DNA of 64,000 bases, taken from assembly GCA_048938385.1 (NCBI GenBank), contig JBHLMG010000008.1, forward strand, positions 36,084-100,083, read 5' to 3'. The stretch comes from Promethearchaeota archaeon (GTDB lineage Archaea; Asgardarchaeota; Hermodarchaeia; Hermodarchaeales; Hermodarchaeaceae). Each line of letters starts with the position of its first letter. Within the stretch, counting starts at the first letter, position 1. Below the pieces are notes generated by a model. It saw nothing but the letters and a program-made list of their open reading frames with translations. It was not told the origin of the DNA and did not search any database. This document shows positions 50,801-59,968 of this stretch, piece by piece. The position numbers and the translations under genes are program-made.

Positions 50801-53284
50801 TACTGATTCAAAGAATGCTGCACGGTGTGTCCAAACAGGAGTAACAGATGTGCCTGTATTTTCAAACAGTAACAATTTATGGCAGCTTACGACGAGGTCC
50901 AAGTCTCCATCGTGATCGATATCAAGAAAGGTTGCATATGGTAGAGCTTTGAGGTTCAGAGTCTGAAGGGTGAAATTAATTGTTTCAAAGAAGTTGGGTT
51001 GAAACTGTAAATTCCCCCATTGTTGATTTCGCCAACAGTAGAATCCAGGGTCACTTTGGGTATCATTTAAAATTGTTCCGACAATGACATCATTAGTTCC
51101 ATCTCCGTTCATGTCAGCAAGTGTAGGGGCGACTTGTCGATCCTGAAGAAGTGGATTCATCGAAAGGATCTCTTGAGAGTAAACGAAATTCGGCTGAAAA
51201 ACCGTGTCGGTATTTTCGTATACATGTAGGTTTCCGTACCCACCTGAGTAATTTCCTATTATGAGTGCTTGCAAAGTGAAGTTAATAATTACATAGTTTC
51301 CGAATGTAAAGGTTGTACCGTTTCCAAGGTAAGAAAAGTGTGGATCGTGAATTGAAGGGAAGTACTTCTTCCAGGTGGGCATTCGCCCAAACTGGAAGCT
51401 TCCAAGATTCAACTGGATTAAGGACCAGATGTTATCTCCTAGAGTGAAATAGTCTTCCTCATAGCTGTCCCAAAGCCTCGTCCACCCTTTAATCCCAGGG
51501 TGCAGCTCAGAGGTTACATTAATTGGTGCTGAAGCCCTTTGGTCGTATCCGTAGACGACCATACGACCATCTGAGGTTCCCATTATGAGTTGGTTGGTGT
51601 GAATCGGTACAGATGTGTCGATTTGAAGACTACCAATCGTAAGGCTCAAAGCGGAGGATTCTGGACGAAAGATAATCCCTTCGATGGCATCAACTTCTTC
51701 GTCGATGCCACTTTTGACAACGAATCTAAGATACCGGAACCAATTCCACCTTGCCGCTGATAATGCGGTATCAACATCGATAGTAAGATTGTATTCCCGC
51801 TTGCTTCCTGTTTCAAAGTAATAGTAGCGTAAGGCGTCAGCTGGAACAGTGGTATAATTGATGCTATTCTGTGATATTTGAACCACATAATCTTCTGTCA
51901 CATTGATTAAATCGGGATCATCAGCGATGTTACGACGAAGGCGTATGAGCAGATCAGCAGTGTCGTTGAGGCTAGCGGTTAACTCTTCATCCATACCAAA
52001 ATCTACAATTACCTCGGCTTCTGGGTAGATGCTGGCTTCAAAGATTGCGTAGTTGTCATCAGGTGCCCCTCCAATCGAGCTATTATACGGGTAAGTAATA
52101 TCATGTGGACTACCTTCCACCAGATCAGAATCATCGAGATTCTTCTTGTATATGACTGTGTCTACATAGATGTCTAGAGGAAGCAGACCGATAGTTTCCC
52201 AATGTTGTAGTGGTCGCATTACATGCTCAAGAGTATATTGCCCCTCATTGAACGCGATTATATACACTCCGAAGCCGTATACTGTAGCAACTACTTCTTC
52301 GTACGAATCTCCATCTAAATCTCCAACGCTCAAAGCTCGTGGAATTCCCAACAAGGAAGTGCTGCTATTCCAGATTTGATTGTATGAATTGTCTGTTCCA
52401 TTGTTTTCCCAGATGTAGATGCTCTTGTCTGATGCCCCTACAATGATTTCTCGGAACCCGTTAGCATTAGTATCACCCGTGGCAACTGAGTATACTTCAA
52501 TCAGGTCTAAAGGAGAAGAGTCCCAAACTTCGGTATATTGCTGTGAATGATTAGAAACCGTGGGAAATCCTGAATTTCTTAGATACTCAAAAACATGAAC
52601 CCTGCCATCCCAGCTGCCAACGACAACATCTTTGAGGGAGTCTCCATCAATATCATCGATGGCTATAGACCATATCTGCGAAATGGCAGACTCGTCGGAT
52701 ACCCATGAAAGGTTGAAAAGAACTCCATTGGGAAAGTTCAGAATGGGAGTATTCTGTTCGAAGATGTATACGTGTCCATCGGCACTTCCTGCAACAACTT
52801 CATAGTAACCATTACCGTCGAGATCGTCAATTGCTAGAGCCATAACATCATTTTGAATGAGTGAATCGCCACTGTCCCAGACATGCTCAAAACGGCTGGT
52901 AGATTGATTATAAGTGAAAATGTGAACGGTGTTATCGCTCAAATACCCACCCCCAGTAGCAATAAATTCTCGGTTGGGTGAGACGGCTACCGTGTGTGTA
53001 GAACCATGGATGATGTTAGGCTCCCACACAAGTGAATAATCGTATGTTTCATTTGAGCCCAAAGGTGATGTGACAAGGTAATTAGCAAGGAAATTTTGAA
53101 GATCGATATAGGCGTTGTTCTCTTCAGGTGTTAACGAATGCGATTCTGGATCTGCTTCCATCATGTTTAGGCTCGTAATAGCACCTAACGGTCCCCCCAT
53201 ATAGCCCAACGAAAAGCAGAGAAGTATTAAGAAAGTGAGTAGGCTAACGTGTTTCTTTACATGAAATGAAGTGATAACAGACAT
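47828..53284 (-). CDS. Giant FG-GAP/VCBS repeat surface protein with Asp-box domain, Ig-like domain and C-terminal TM
   Basis: About 14 DxDxDGxxE/D motifs, SSDGIHW and SSDGITW Asp-boxes, TM then RRRK; probable start ATG 53284 (track 53317). Confidence 0.88.
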   Translation of the reverse strand: MSVITSFHVKKHVSLLTFLILLCFSLGYMGGPLGAITSLNMMEADPESHSLTPEENNAYIDLQNFLANYLVTSPLGSNETYDYSLVWEPNIIHGSTHTVAVSPNREFIATGGGYLSDNTVHIFTYNQSTSRFEHVWDSGDSLIQNDVMALAIDDLDGNGYYEVVAGSADGHVYIFEQNTPILNFPNGVLFNLSWVSDESAISQIWSIAIDDIDGDSLKDVVVGSWDGRVHVFEYLRNSGFPTVSNHSQQYTEVWDSSPLDLIEVYSVATGDTNANGFREIIVGASDKSIYIWENNGTDNSYNQIWNSSTSLLGIPRALSVGDLDGDSYEEVVATVYGFGVYIIAFNEGQYTLEHVMRPLQHWETIGLLPLDIYVDTVIYKKNLDDSDLVEGSPHDITYPYNSSIGGAPDDNYAIFEASIYPEAEVIVDFGMDEELTASLNDTADLLIRLRRNIADDPDLINVTEDYVVQISQNSINYTTVPADALRYYYFETGSKREYNLTIDVDTALSAARWNWFRYLRFVVKSGIDEEVDAIEGIIFRPESSALSLTIGSLQIDTSVPIHTNQLIMGTSDGRMVVYGYDQRASAPINVTSELHPGIKGWTRLWDSYEEDYFTLGDNIWSLIQLNLGSFQFGRMPTWKKYFPSIHDPHFSYLGNGTTFTFGNYVIINFTLQALIIGNYSGGYGNLHVYENTDTVFQPNFVYSQEILSMNPLLQDRQVAPTLADMNGDGTNDVIVGTILNDTQSDPGFYCWRNQQWGNLQFQPNFFETINFTLQTLNLKALPYATFLDIDHDGDLDLVVSCHKLLLFENTGTSVTPVWTHRAAFFESVNQHLTSNANYERSSFIDFDKDGDDDLIISINRIFGEAGNFKSRSEVMYFVQKGTFTEPDWIRDSEYLGRDFTGYHDPVILGSAYEDLYTMVLRNETGYMEGFHSTALIPPEAPVIAHDSFIVATYPRTAWVEIDRRDPAAFYGYAGYVSWDTFPELEDWTMAVKIGDMDSDGMNEVIVGSFDQNIYVFENLFNNTYRRAWRSPDLTRWEGTRRLWDDVTALALGDTDLDGLQEIIVATGTNYGYIFEESGSLQYVLTETLCLPGSNKTSFTTVVNDLDGDTFPEIIFASGSSLFFYEAPKDDTHLLTWVTEISSIEKINSLAMGTLDGDTRKDLVVVGINGTDGVVIVCESLANNTLDLVWTPPLVHYEENPAHSVIVYDLLASGSMEFLVGHDEGISIYHWNTSIPDDTYELFQLVSGSFNYLANHDWIDRKLSSTGYKDMEILQRADHSYVVLYQVKSGVAAQRLRIRTSSDGIHWSGETQVFSTGFDTLEEPTISETNDMLYLAFRGRRTSDGYEGIWLSNSSDGITWTDALNCQYLIPNSNVLSPKLTPSPNSNERFILTYIDPLLGINYTRNYWSSPTWIWSNPETIPLPVEVSILTTEGITAIDHDLETVFDSKNLKYRWVLVIEGLDKALGKTDTDIWSCYSISQPDTWHTDNWKNPVLITHSNVNETAPSLLGLEQNYMMVLYHSLSQLKGQVWFFGEKIWSEPTTLQVPASFTAFPMTSLTKRLAGGIAICYIATPLDGFDYLFVSHHPTVGWWSTELQEAVRVAIVDTNNDGMLEMIACTWTKLLVFLYNTTRQTFSQIWASQTFSQSVTDLAVGDTNGNYLMEIVITTEGGNVYAFEWTDREPPHITFYSAIQRTYTIPATIPVEVLALDAGLIQKVELCINNGDWIQAQPIDGTNLYCITFHIHEPGTFTIRVRALDHQGNWSPELHREIIVTTGDPHQPDRLGFTTLIYILILAVVIVAVSVIFTVARRRKLKKLQT

Positions 53285-53285
53285 T

Positions 53286-56200
53286 TTATTTCCCCTCCTC
53301 TCCAGAAGACGCCTCATCTGTTAGCGGTTTTTTCCTATGGCGTATTTTTCTGTAAATTTTTCGCATTTTTCCTGCTTCACCAGGTTTAATGTTAGCTCTA
53401 CGAAACGCCCTTCGTTCTCTGTATCGCTTTATCCCAGGTACTCCCCATCTTGTGAAAAAGACTCCTGCGCAGAATGATGAGAATACGGCAAGGCCTCCCA
53501 CCGTTGCTATTAGAGAATTCACCCTTGTTTGGACTGACAACCAAACCTCGAGTGCAGATGTATTGGCGTTTGCATTAGTACCAAAGAAAAGCTCCAGATA
53601 ATCGGAATAACCATCACCATCCGTGTCCCATGAGGTGGGATCGGTTCCAGTTCGAATAATTTCGTCTCCATCGATTAGTCCATCAAAATCAGAATCTGGA
53701 TTCTGGTATCCACCACCTGGATTAGTGTTTGTTTGAGAAGTATAGAATTCATCTCCATCTGTCAACAAGTCGCCATCTGAATCTAGTTGGTAACCATCAA
53801 GTACTCCATCATTATTAGTATCGCCATCTAACGGATCCATATTGATTCCATAATGCGCTGCTGGAATCCACTCAGGCGCAAGCAGGATTTCTAAACCATC
53901 GGGGAGTCCATCGCCATCTGTGTCGCTCTTGTTCGCATTTGTACTATAAATTGGCTGATAACTACCACCTGGTGTATGATCGGTTAGTTCAAGATTATCC
54001 GCAAGGTCATCACCATCTGTATCATTGTTAGCAGGATGGGTATGGTGGTAATATACCTCATCAAAATCGGATAAAGTATCCCCGTCACTATCGTTTGAAA
54101 GTGGGTTAGAACCCCACTCTATAACCTCTACTCCGTCTGATAACCCGTCTGAGTCGGTGTCATTCAATACGGGATTGGTTCCCAAAGGAAAGATGACCCT
54201 TAGTCCTGTATAGGGATAATGTATCAGTATCACTTCTTCTATCACTATTTCATAACCATCAATCACGCCATCGTTGTCAGTGTCATTGCTTAAAGGATTC
54301 AAAGCAAGGGGTTCCAGCATTAGTGAACCTATGCCAAGGAGTAGTTCTTCAGCATCGGTAACACCATCTCCATCAGTATCCATAGTCACTGGGCTTGTTC
54401 CATAGGAAACTTCTTGGCCATCACCCCAAAGGAAGGAAGGATTACCGTATCTATCTGGAATGAGAATAGAATCATCATCCGAGTCCCAATCTAATGGGTC
54501 ACTCTCATGAAGATATAGTTCATCACCATCGATCAATCCATCATCGTCAGTGTCAGAATCAACAGGGTCAGTGTAATATTGTTCGAGTTCTAATCTATCA
54601 GTTATTCCATCAAAATCGGAATCCGGGTTCATTGGATCCGTCCCTGACACATACACTTCAAATCCATCAATTAATCCATCTAAATCCGAGTCCGGTGCTA
54701 GAGGGTTCGAATAGAAGAAGTAAAGTTCTTCTCCATCAGATAATCCATCGTTATCTGTGTCGTTCACCCATGGCATTGTGTGATAGATGTAGTATTCGTC
54801 TCCATCTGAGACGAGGTCATCGTCGGTGTCAGGATCCAAGGGGTCTGTCAGTAGCTTGACATCGAGCAGGTCCCCTAGCCCATCACCATCTGTATCTCGG
54901 TTGAGAGGGTTTGTGTGTGTGCAGTTAGGATTAGTGCCTTCTAATCCATCAATGAGCCCATCACCATCAGTGTCATTATTAGTCGGATCTGTTTGTAATA
55001 TGACGATTTCGTAGGCATCGAATAGTGTATCATTGTCTGTATCAGGAGAACAGGGATTCGTAACAAGCAATTTGGGTATCAATTCAGGTACTGTGTCTGT
55101 CTGAACATACACCGTAAACCAACGGGGTGTGACTTCTGCTTTATCGGTCATATCCATTAGGTAAGTATTACTTGGATGGATGCTCCCATTAGCATATTGG
55201 AGGAAGGAATCATCATCGGTATCAGCGTCAAGCGGATGAGTGACTCCATAATTGAATATGGGTCCACCACCAGTGAAGTACGCTGGGTCCGTATAGTTGG
55301 TACCACCAATACCCTCCTGTCCATCTAAGAGACCATCGCCGTCAGTATCTGGATTCCAAGGATCAGTTCGATCATTGTAGCCAACACCACCAATAATTAC
55401 TTGTGTAACCGTTGGAGTACAATTGTCGAGTGAATAAGCGTAATGAACTTCGAAGGAATCAGATAGCCCATCATCATCTGAATCCAAATCATTAGGATTT
55501 GTTAAATAAATTTCAACCTCCTCATAATCCGAAAGGTGATCATAGTCTGTATCAACTGCAAGAGGATCAGTTTGGTGGATTAGAATCTCTGCTCCATCCA
55601 TTAATCCATCGTCGTCAGTATCCGGGTCAAGGGCATCAGTGTAACTAAAGTCAAATTCATAACCATCGTTAAGCCCATCATCATCAGTGTCTGCGTCGTT
55701 TTTATCAAGGCCCGTGAACAAATCTTCAAATAGATCCGAAAGCCCGTCTCCATCGCTATCTGGCCCCTGCGCATTGTTATCCCATTCAGGAGTTCCAGGC
55801 GCGGGATTTATCCAGATTCCATCCTTTCCTAACGGATAGTAACTTGCTTTAAACTTCCAATCCAACCAAGCCAAGTTAATATTAACTTTAATATAGAATT
55901 CGATGTTGAAATTGAACCTGAGTTGGGATTTCGCGATATCCATATACCAAGTTAGAGTTAATTCAAGACCAAGACTGACAGTCACTCCTTGTTTAATCTT
56001 CTTATCAAAGACTTTGATTACTACTCCGAAAAATAATTTGATATAGCCACCAATTGCAATCTTCAAACTGATGGTTGACTCGGGGGTTTTTCCACCTCCT
56101 GGAAGGCGGAATGTGCCCTCAATTGTGAACCGAACATAAACGATTAGTTTGATATCGGAGAGTTCCATCGCTCTTTCAAGTGGGCGAAGCGCTCTTCGTG

Positions 56201-57923
56201 ATCCCATTGAAATTAGGTCTAAAAGTGAAAGTTCTACTCGAATACCTAACTGGGCTTTAAAACCCCAACCAGTTAGCAGACACGAAGGGGGCTCATTGGA
56301 TCCCTCTCGTAACCGTGTAACCGCGAATTCTGCCCATCCACCACCACCAAATTCAAAATAAACCCCGACATGTTCTTCGATTAGCTTCATAATTGAAGCG
56401 GCACGAGTTTTCATAGCTTCCACTAAGAATCCTATCTTAAAGATAGGTTGGATTGTAAGGGCTTCACTTTGGTAGAATTTTGTGAACACAGCAAAGTCTG
56501 TTGCTGGTTGCCAATTGGTGATTAGTGTGTGATTAAGAAAATTAACAAGATGCTTTATATCAAGAATACCTCTGGCAAAATATCCAAGTGTGAAATGAAA
56601 TGTATTCTTAAAGGCATCATAGTCTTTTAGTTTGCCATCTACTTGTATAGATTGTTTTACACTCCATTCTATTGTCCCCTCCCAGGTTCCTATAACTTCA
56701 ATTATTTCGTTCAATTCTTCAAGTTTTTCATTTATAGGTCGGGAAATTTCATTAGCAATTCCTTGAAGCGCCTGATGGAAAATACCCTCTTTTCCGATCT
56801 GTTGAAGTTCTATCAAGCCTTCCTGAATTGTATCGATGGGCTTTCCGATAAAACGACTAATGATTTCTTTTATACCTGTTTTTGTTTCTGATACTCGTTC
56901 CCAAATATCTCTGCCAAAATCAGACAGATAAGATCCTGAAATTTGAACAATGAATGTGTCATTCGTTAAACCATAGTAATCTAAGAGATATGTTAGGAAA
57001 GGCTGCCAGATGGCTTGAATAATGACGCCTGATGGACCAGAGATGGAAACCTCACCAGGTAATTTGCCTAGAGAAAATGTTTCATCCGGTGGTGGAACTA
57101 TGCTTGCTGGTCGAATTGTGAGAAGTGGAGCTGATTTGTTAAATGTGTCTATTACCTTGTTGAGGTTAGCGAGTTGGTCGAGAGTATTACCAGTAGGATA
57201 TATTTCGGGAATGAACTCTTCTTCATCATAGTCGTATTGTTCTGTGAAATTATATGCACCAAGGGTGTCTTGTGGAAATATAGCCCGACTATAGAGGTCT
57301 GATGTGTCGTCAAGGTAAACATTAAGCGCCAAGAATTTGAGATCTTCACTTGCTTTGCGTTCAAGGTCAAATTGGCTTGCTTCGAAAATTTCAGCTGTAG
57401 TCCAGATCAAATAAAGATAGGCTAGATGAACATCAATTACTTCACTTCCTTCACAGTGTATTTTTTTCTGATTCTTCACTATCAATTCTAATTGTTTGGA
57501 ATTCCCGATAGCTATTAGGTGATGCTTAAGTGGTTGAAGAAGGAGTTGTTGAGCAAAATCTTCCCATGTGAGCAATTTGCCATTAATATAAAGCCCTTCA
57601 AGATTGCTTTTGAAGCAATAAATAAAGATCTCACCCTGTGTTTCAAGTGTTTCCTGTAATTGCTCCTCGTCAACAATTCTGATCATCTCTGTGTTTGAGT
57701 GAAATTGGATAATCGTGTTTTTAGTCAAATGAGCTAGCTGTTGATGCAATCCTGGAGTGCCATCATGGAGTAGTACAACCTTATGGGTCGATTGTTGAAT
57801 CATCCTCTGACCAGATTCTCCATATGTAATGGCAACAACTGGGGATTGCAAGACAAACATTACAAGAAACAAGATTCCTACCAAGGATTTGAACGATGAA
57901 TTAGAAAATCGCATTTGAAACAC
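53286..57923 (-). CDS. Giant surface protein with about 26 thrombospondin type-3-like Ca-binding repeats and a C-terminal TM
   Basis: Signal peptide; repeated TDP...DTDxDGLxDGxE; amphipathic beta-rich middle region; TM and basic tail. Confidence 0.88.
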   Translation of the reverse strand: MFQMRFSNSSFKSLVGILFLVMFVLQSPVVAITYGESGQRMIQQSTHKVVLLHDGTPGLHQQLAHLTKNTIIQFHSNTEMIRIVDEEQLQETLETQGEIFIYCFKSNLEGLYINGKLLTWEDFAQQLLLQPLKHHLIAIGNSKQLELIVKNQKKIHCEGSEVIDVHLAYLYLIWTTAEIFEASQFDLERKASEDLKFLALNVYLDDTSDLYSRAIFPQDTLGAYNFTEQYDYDEEEFIPEIYPTGNTLDQLANLNKVIDTFNKSAPLLTIRPASIVPPPDETFSLGKLPGEVSISGPSGVIIQAIWQPFLTYLLDYYGLTNDTFIVQISGSYLSDFGRDIWERVSETKTGIKEIISRFIGKPIDTIQEGLIELQQIGKEGIFHQALQGIANEISRPINEKLEELNEIIEVIGTWEGTIEWSVKQSIQVDGKLKDYDAFKNTFHFTLGYFARGILDIKHLVNFLNHTLITNWQPATDFAVFTKFYQSEALTIQPIFKIGFLVEAMKTRAASIMKLIEEHVGVYFEFGGGGWAEFAVTRLREGSNEPPSCLLTGWGFKAQLGIRVELSLLDLISMGSRRALRPLERAMELSDIKLIVYVRFTIEGTFRLPGGGKTPESTISLKIAIGGYIKLFFGVVIKVFDKKIKQGVTVSLGLELTLTWYMDIAKSQLRFNFNIEFYIKVNINLAWLDWKFKASYYPLGKDGIWINPAPGTPEWDNNAQGPDSDGDGLSDLFEDLFTGLDKNDADTDDDGLNDGYEFDFSYTDALDPDTDDDGLMDGAEILIHQTDPLAVDTDYDHLSDYEEVEIYLTNPNDLDSDDDGLSDSFEVHYAYSLDNCTPTVTQVIIGGVGYNDRTDPWNPDTDGDGLLDGQEGIGGTNYTDPAYFTGGGPIFNYGVTHPLDADTDDDSFLQYANGSIHPSNTYLMDMTDKAEVTPRWFTVYVQTDTVPELIPKLLVTNPCSPDTDNDTLFDAYEIVILQTDPTNNDTDGDGLIDGLEGTNPNCTHTNPLNRDTDGDGLGDLLDVKLLTDPLDPDTDDDLVSDGDEYYIYHTMPWVNDTDNDGLSDGEELYFFYSNPLAPDSDLDGLIDGFEVYVSGTDPMNPDSDFDGITDRLELEQYYTDPVDSDTDDDGLIDGDELYLHESDPLDWDSDDDSILIPDRYGNPSFLWGDGQEVSYGTSPVTMDTDGDGVTDAEELLLGIGSLMLEPLALNPLSNDTDNDGVIDGYEIVIEEVILIHYPYTGLRVIFPLGTNPVLNDTDSDGLSDGVEVIEWGSNPLSNDSDGDTLSDFDEVYYHHTHPANNDTDGDDLADNLELTDHTPGGSYQPIYSTNANKSDTDGDGLPDGLEILLAPEWIPAAHYGINMDPLDGDTNNDGVLDGYQLDSDGDLLTDGDEFYTSQTNTNPGGGYQNPDSDFDGLIDGDEIIRTGTDPTSWDTDGDGYSDYLELFFGTNANANTSALEVWLSVQTRVNSLIATVGGLAVFSSFCAGVFFTRWGVPGIKRYRERRAFRRANIKPGEAGKMRKIYRKIRHRKKPLTDEASSGEEGK

Positions 57924-58160
57924 AACTCCTCCCGCGGTAACCGCAGGTTAATCCCTCCACAATTTTGTGGTCTTAGGAACCACTTGATATATTAGAAACT
58001 GGATGTATTTAAAAACGAAGGGTTTCTACTCGCAAAAGCAAGAAAAAATGCTTCTACGAATACTAAATTGTTATTGAATTGTTTCTGCTGTACTAATCAT
58101 TATCTGTCGATTTGGTCTATTATCTATGGTAAAAATAGCCATATTATCAACTGCATTAGC

Positions 58161-59885
58161 CTAGATATTTTCAATTATAGAAGTTGATCGATGTTTTCGT
58201 CGAATTAGAATCAAGGTTCCCATCGCAACGATGGCTCCAACAATGATCGAGATTAGGGGAAAACCGGGAATGGGTGGTGGGATGACAACATCGGTGAGAG
58301 GGAGTTCTATGTATCCTGTGTAGTTGTTACCGATCCAAAGGGATTTATTTGATCCGATATCTGCAGTGGGAAATTGAAGAAGAAGAGGTACTGTGTGTCC
58401 CGCCTCTAAAGCAGGTATGGTATGCAGTAGGGTACCGTTGGAGTTTCGAAATTCGATGTCTTCAATGGTGCTGAGTCGTGGACTTAGATTGCTCAAATTA
58501 ATTGTTAAGGTGATGCTTTCGTTGGTTTCGGTTTTTCCTGTTAAGAGTCCGGTTAGGCGTGGAGTTTGTTGAAGGAGGTAGTCGAAGGCGGGGATAATAT
58601 CGTGCCATAGTTCGTTGATAGCGGAAGTTACAGGGTTGAAATACCCATAGATGCCAGTCCATTCTTCGATGTAATGTGTGTCGTTTCTATAGATTTCAGT
58701 AGTAGAGCTAGCGCTGATTGAAGAGGCGTTATTATAGATTTCAAAGCAGATTGGGACAGCGGTTCCTCGTTCTTCGAACATCCAATCCTGCCATAAACCG
58801 TAGTCCCCTGCCGCTAGGTATGCCGCGCTACCTTTCAACGCGTAACCATTGTAGGCATTCCACCAAGAGGGAAGGAGCGAGTCAAGTTCATTGTACATGA
58901 TTGGATAGAGTATGGGATCACGGAATGTGTTGTATTGATCGGATGGAAAATAGGTGGCGTTGATACCTGAGTGGAGTGAAAATGCCATCGCAAATCGGTG
59001 GTTGAGTGCGAAGTCACGAAAAGCTTGGGTTTCGGGTTCTGAAAAGGGAGTGGGTCCGTGGTAGACTTGGTTGTAGGGATCATTCGACGAGCCTGGGTTT
59101 CCGAAGCCGGTGGGGTAATTACGGTTTAGATCCACATATCCAATGGGGTCTTCGTTGATTTGACCATCCGCATCATTGTCAATGCCTTCATAGTAGGAAT
59201 AGAGGTATATGTCACTCGTAGTAAAGACATCAAAGGAGGAAAGAATACCATCACCGTTGACATCGTCAATGCCATCCTCATCAAAAGATCCATCGCTATC
59301 GTGGTCGAACGGTCGGAGGTTTTTGCGTAACCAATGATCGCCGTGGTTTACAGAGTGTTCGAGAGTGTCGGGGTTTAGGCTAGGAATGACAAAGATTTCT
59401 TGGTTGTTTAGAAAATTGGTAAGGGTGGGGTTCACTTCGTAATTGTTGAGGAGTCGAAGGATAAATCGGAGGGCTACTTCTACGGTAATCTGCTCGCGTC
59501 CGTGATGGTGGGCCACAATAAGGCTTTTGGCTTTTTGGCGAATGTCTGTTTCATTGGTGATTCGGACACATGTGATGTTGAGTCCTTCGTAGCTTTGCCC
59601 AATGATCTCGAGGTCAATCAGATCGGGGGCTTGAGTTTGAAAATTAGCGAGTTCTTCTTCCATCTCGAAGTAATCGTGAAATTCCCCGGGATATAATAGG
59701 GTTAGTGGAGTCTGTATTTGCGTTGAAGGCATCTTCAATTGCAGGTCAAGATGCGTTATAGCTCCTAATACTGAGGTATTCGCAGCAGGGATTAATGTTA
59801 ACGAAAATAGAACGATTAGGATGACAACAAGCTCGCCTTTTGTTGATAACTGATGACCTCTCATGCGAGGAGCTTCGTAAATCAC
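58161..59885 (-). CDS. M14 zinc carboxypeptidase with a PGF-type sorting signal
   Basis: HHGRE, LRKN, DLNRNY, FSEPET, SLHSG, FEI; PPPIPGFP then TM then RRKHR. Confidence 0.9.
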   Translation of the reverse strand: MIYEAPRMRGHQLSTKGELVVILIVLFSLTLIPAANTSVLGAITHLDLQLKMPSTQIQTPLTLLYPGEFHDYFEMEEELANFQTQAPDLIDLEIIGQSYEGLNITCVRITNETDIRQKAKSLIVAHHHGREQITVEVALRFILRLLNNYEVNPTLTNFLNNQEIFVIPSLNPDTLEHSVNHGDHWLRKNLRPFDHDSDGSFDEDGIDDVNGDGILSSFDVFTTSDIYLYSYYEGIDNDADGQINEDPIGYVDLNRNYPTGFGNPGSSNDPYNQVYHGPTPFSEPETQAFRDFALNHRFAMAFSLHSGINATYFPSDQYNTFRDPILYPIMYNELDSLLPSWWNAYNGYALKGSAAYLAAGDYGLWQDWMFEERGTAVPICFEIYNNASSISASSTTEIYRNDTHYIEEWTGIYGYFNPVTSAINELWHDIIPAFDYLLQQTPRLTGLLTGKTETNESITLTINLSNLSPRLSTIEDIEFRNSNGTLLHTIPALEAGHTVPLLLQFPTADIGSNKSLWIGNNYTGYIELPLTDVVIPPPIPGFPLISIIVGAIVAMGTLILIRRKHRSTSIIENI

Positions 59886-59968
59886 CTATTTCTAATCATG
59901 GTATGCGGCAAACCACATTGTAGCATTATTCTGTGCTAGATTTCCTACTTCCAGGGCCTTTGTAGTTC

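Noticed and set aside
53440-53480. CAGVFFTR after the TM resembles the integrin-alpha GFFKR motif
   Set aside because: Inexact short match, and it lies on the TSP3-like protein rather than the FG-GAP protein; probably chance.
53600-55770. Repetitive DNA resembling a repeat array or CRISPR
   Set aside because: The repeats are degenerate and codon-based (Asp-rich protein repeats); no identical repeats with spacers and no cas genes.
57933-57970. Short palindromes GCGGTAACCGC and CCACAATTTTGTGG upstream of the giant surface operon
   Set aside because: Short, dissimilar to each other and not seen elsewhere in the window; insufficient evidence for operators.
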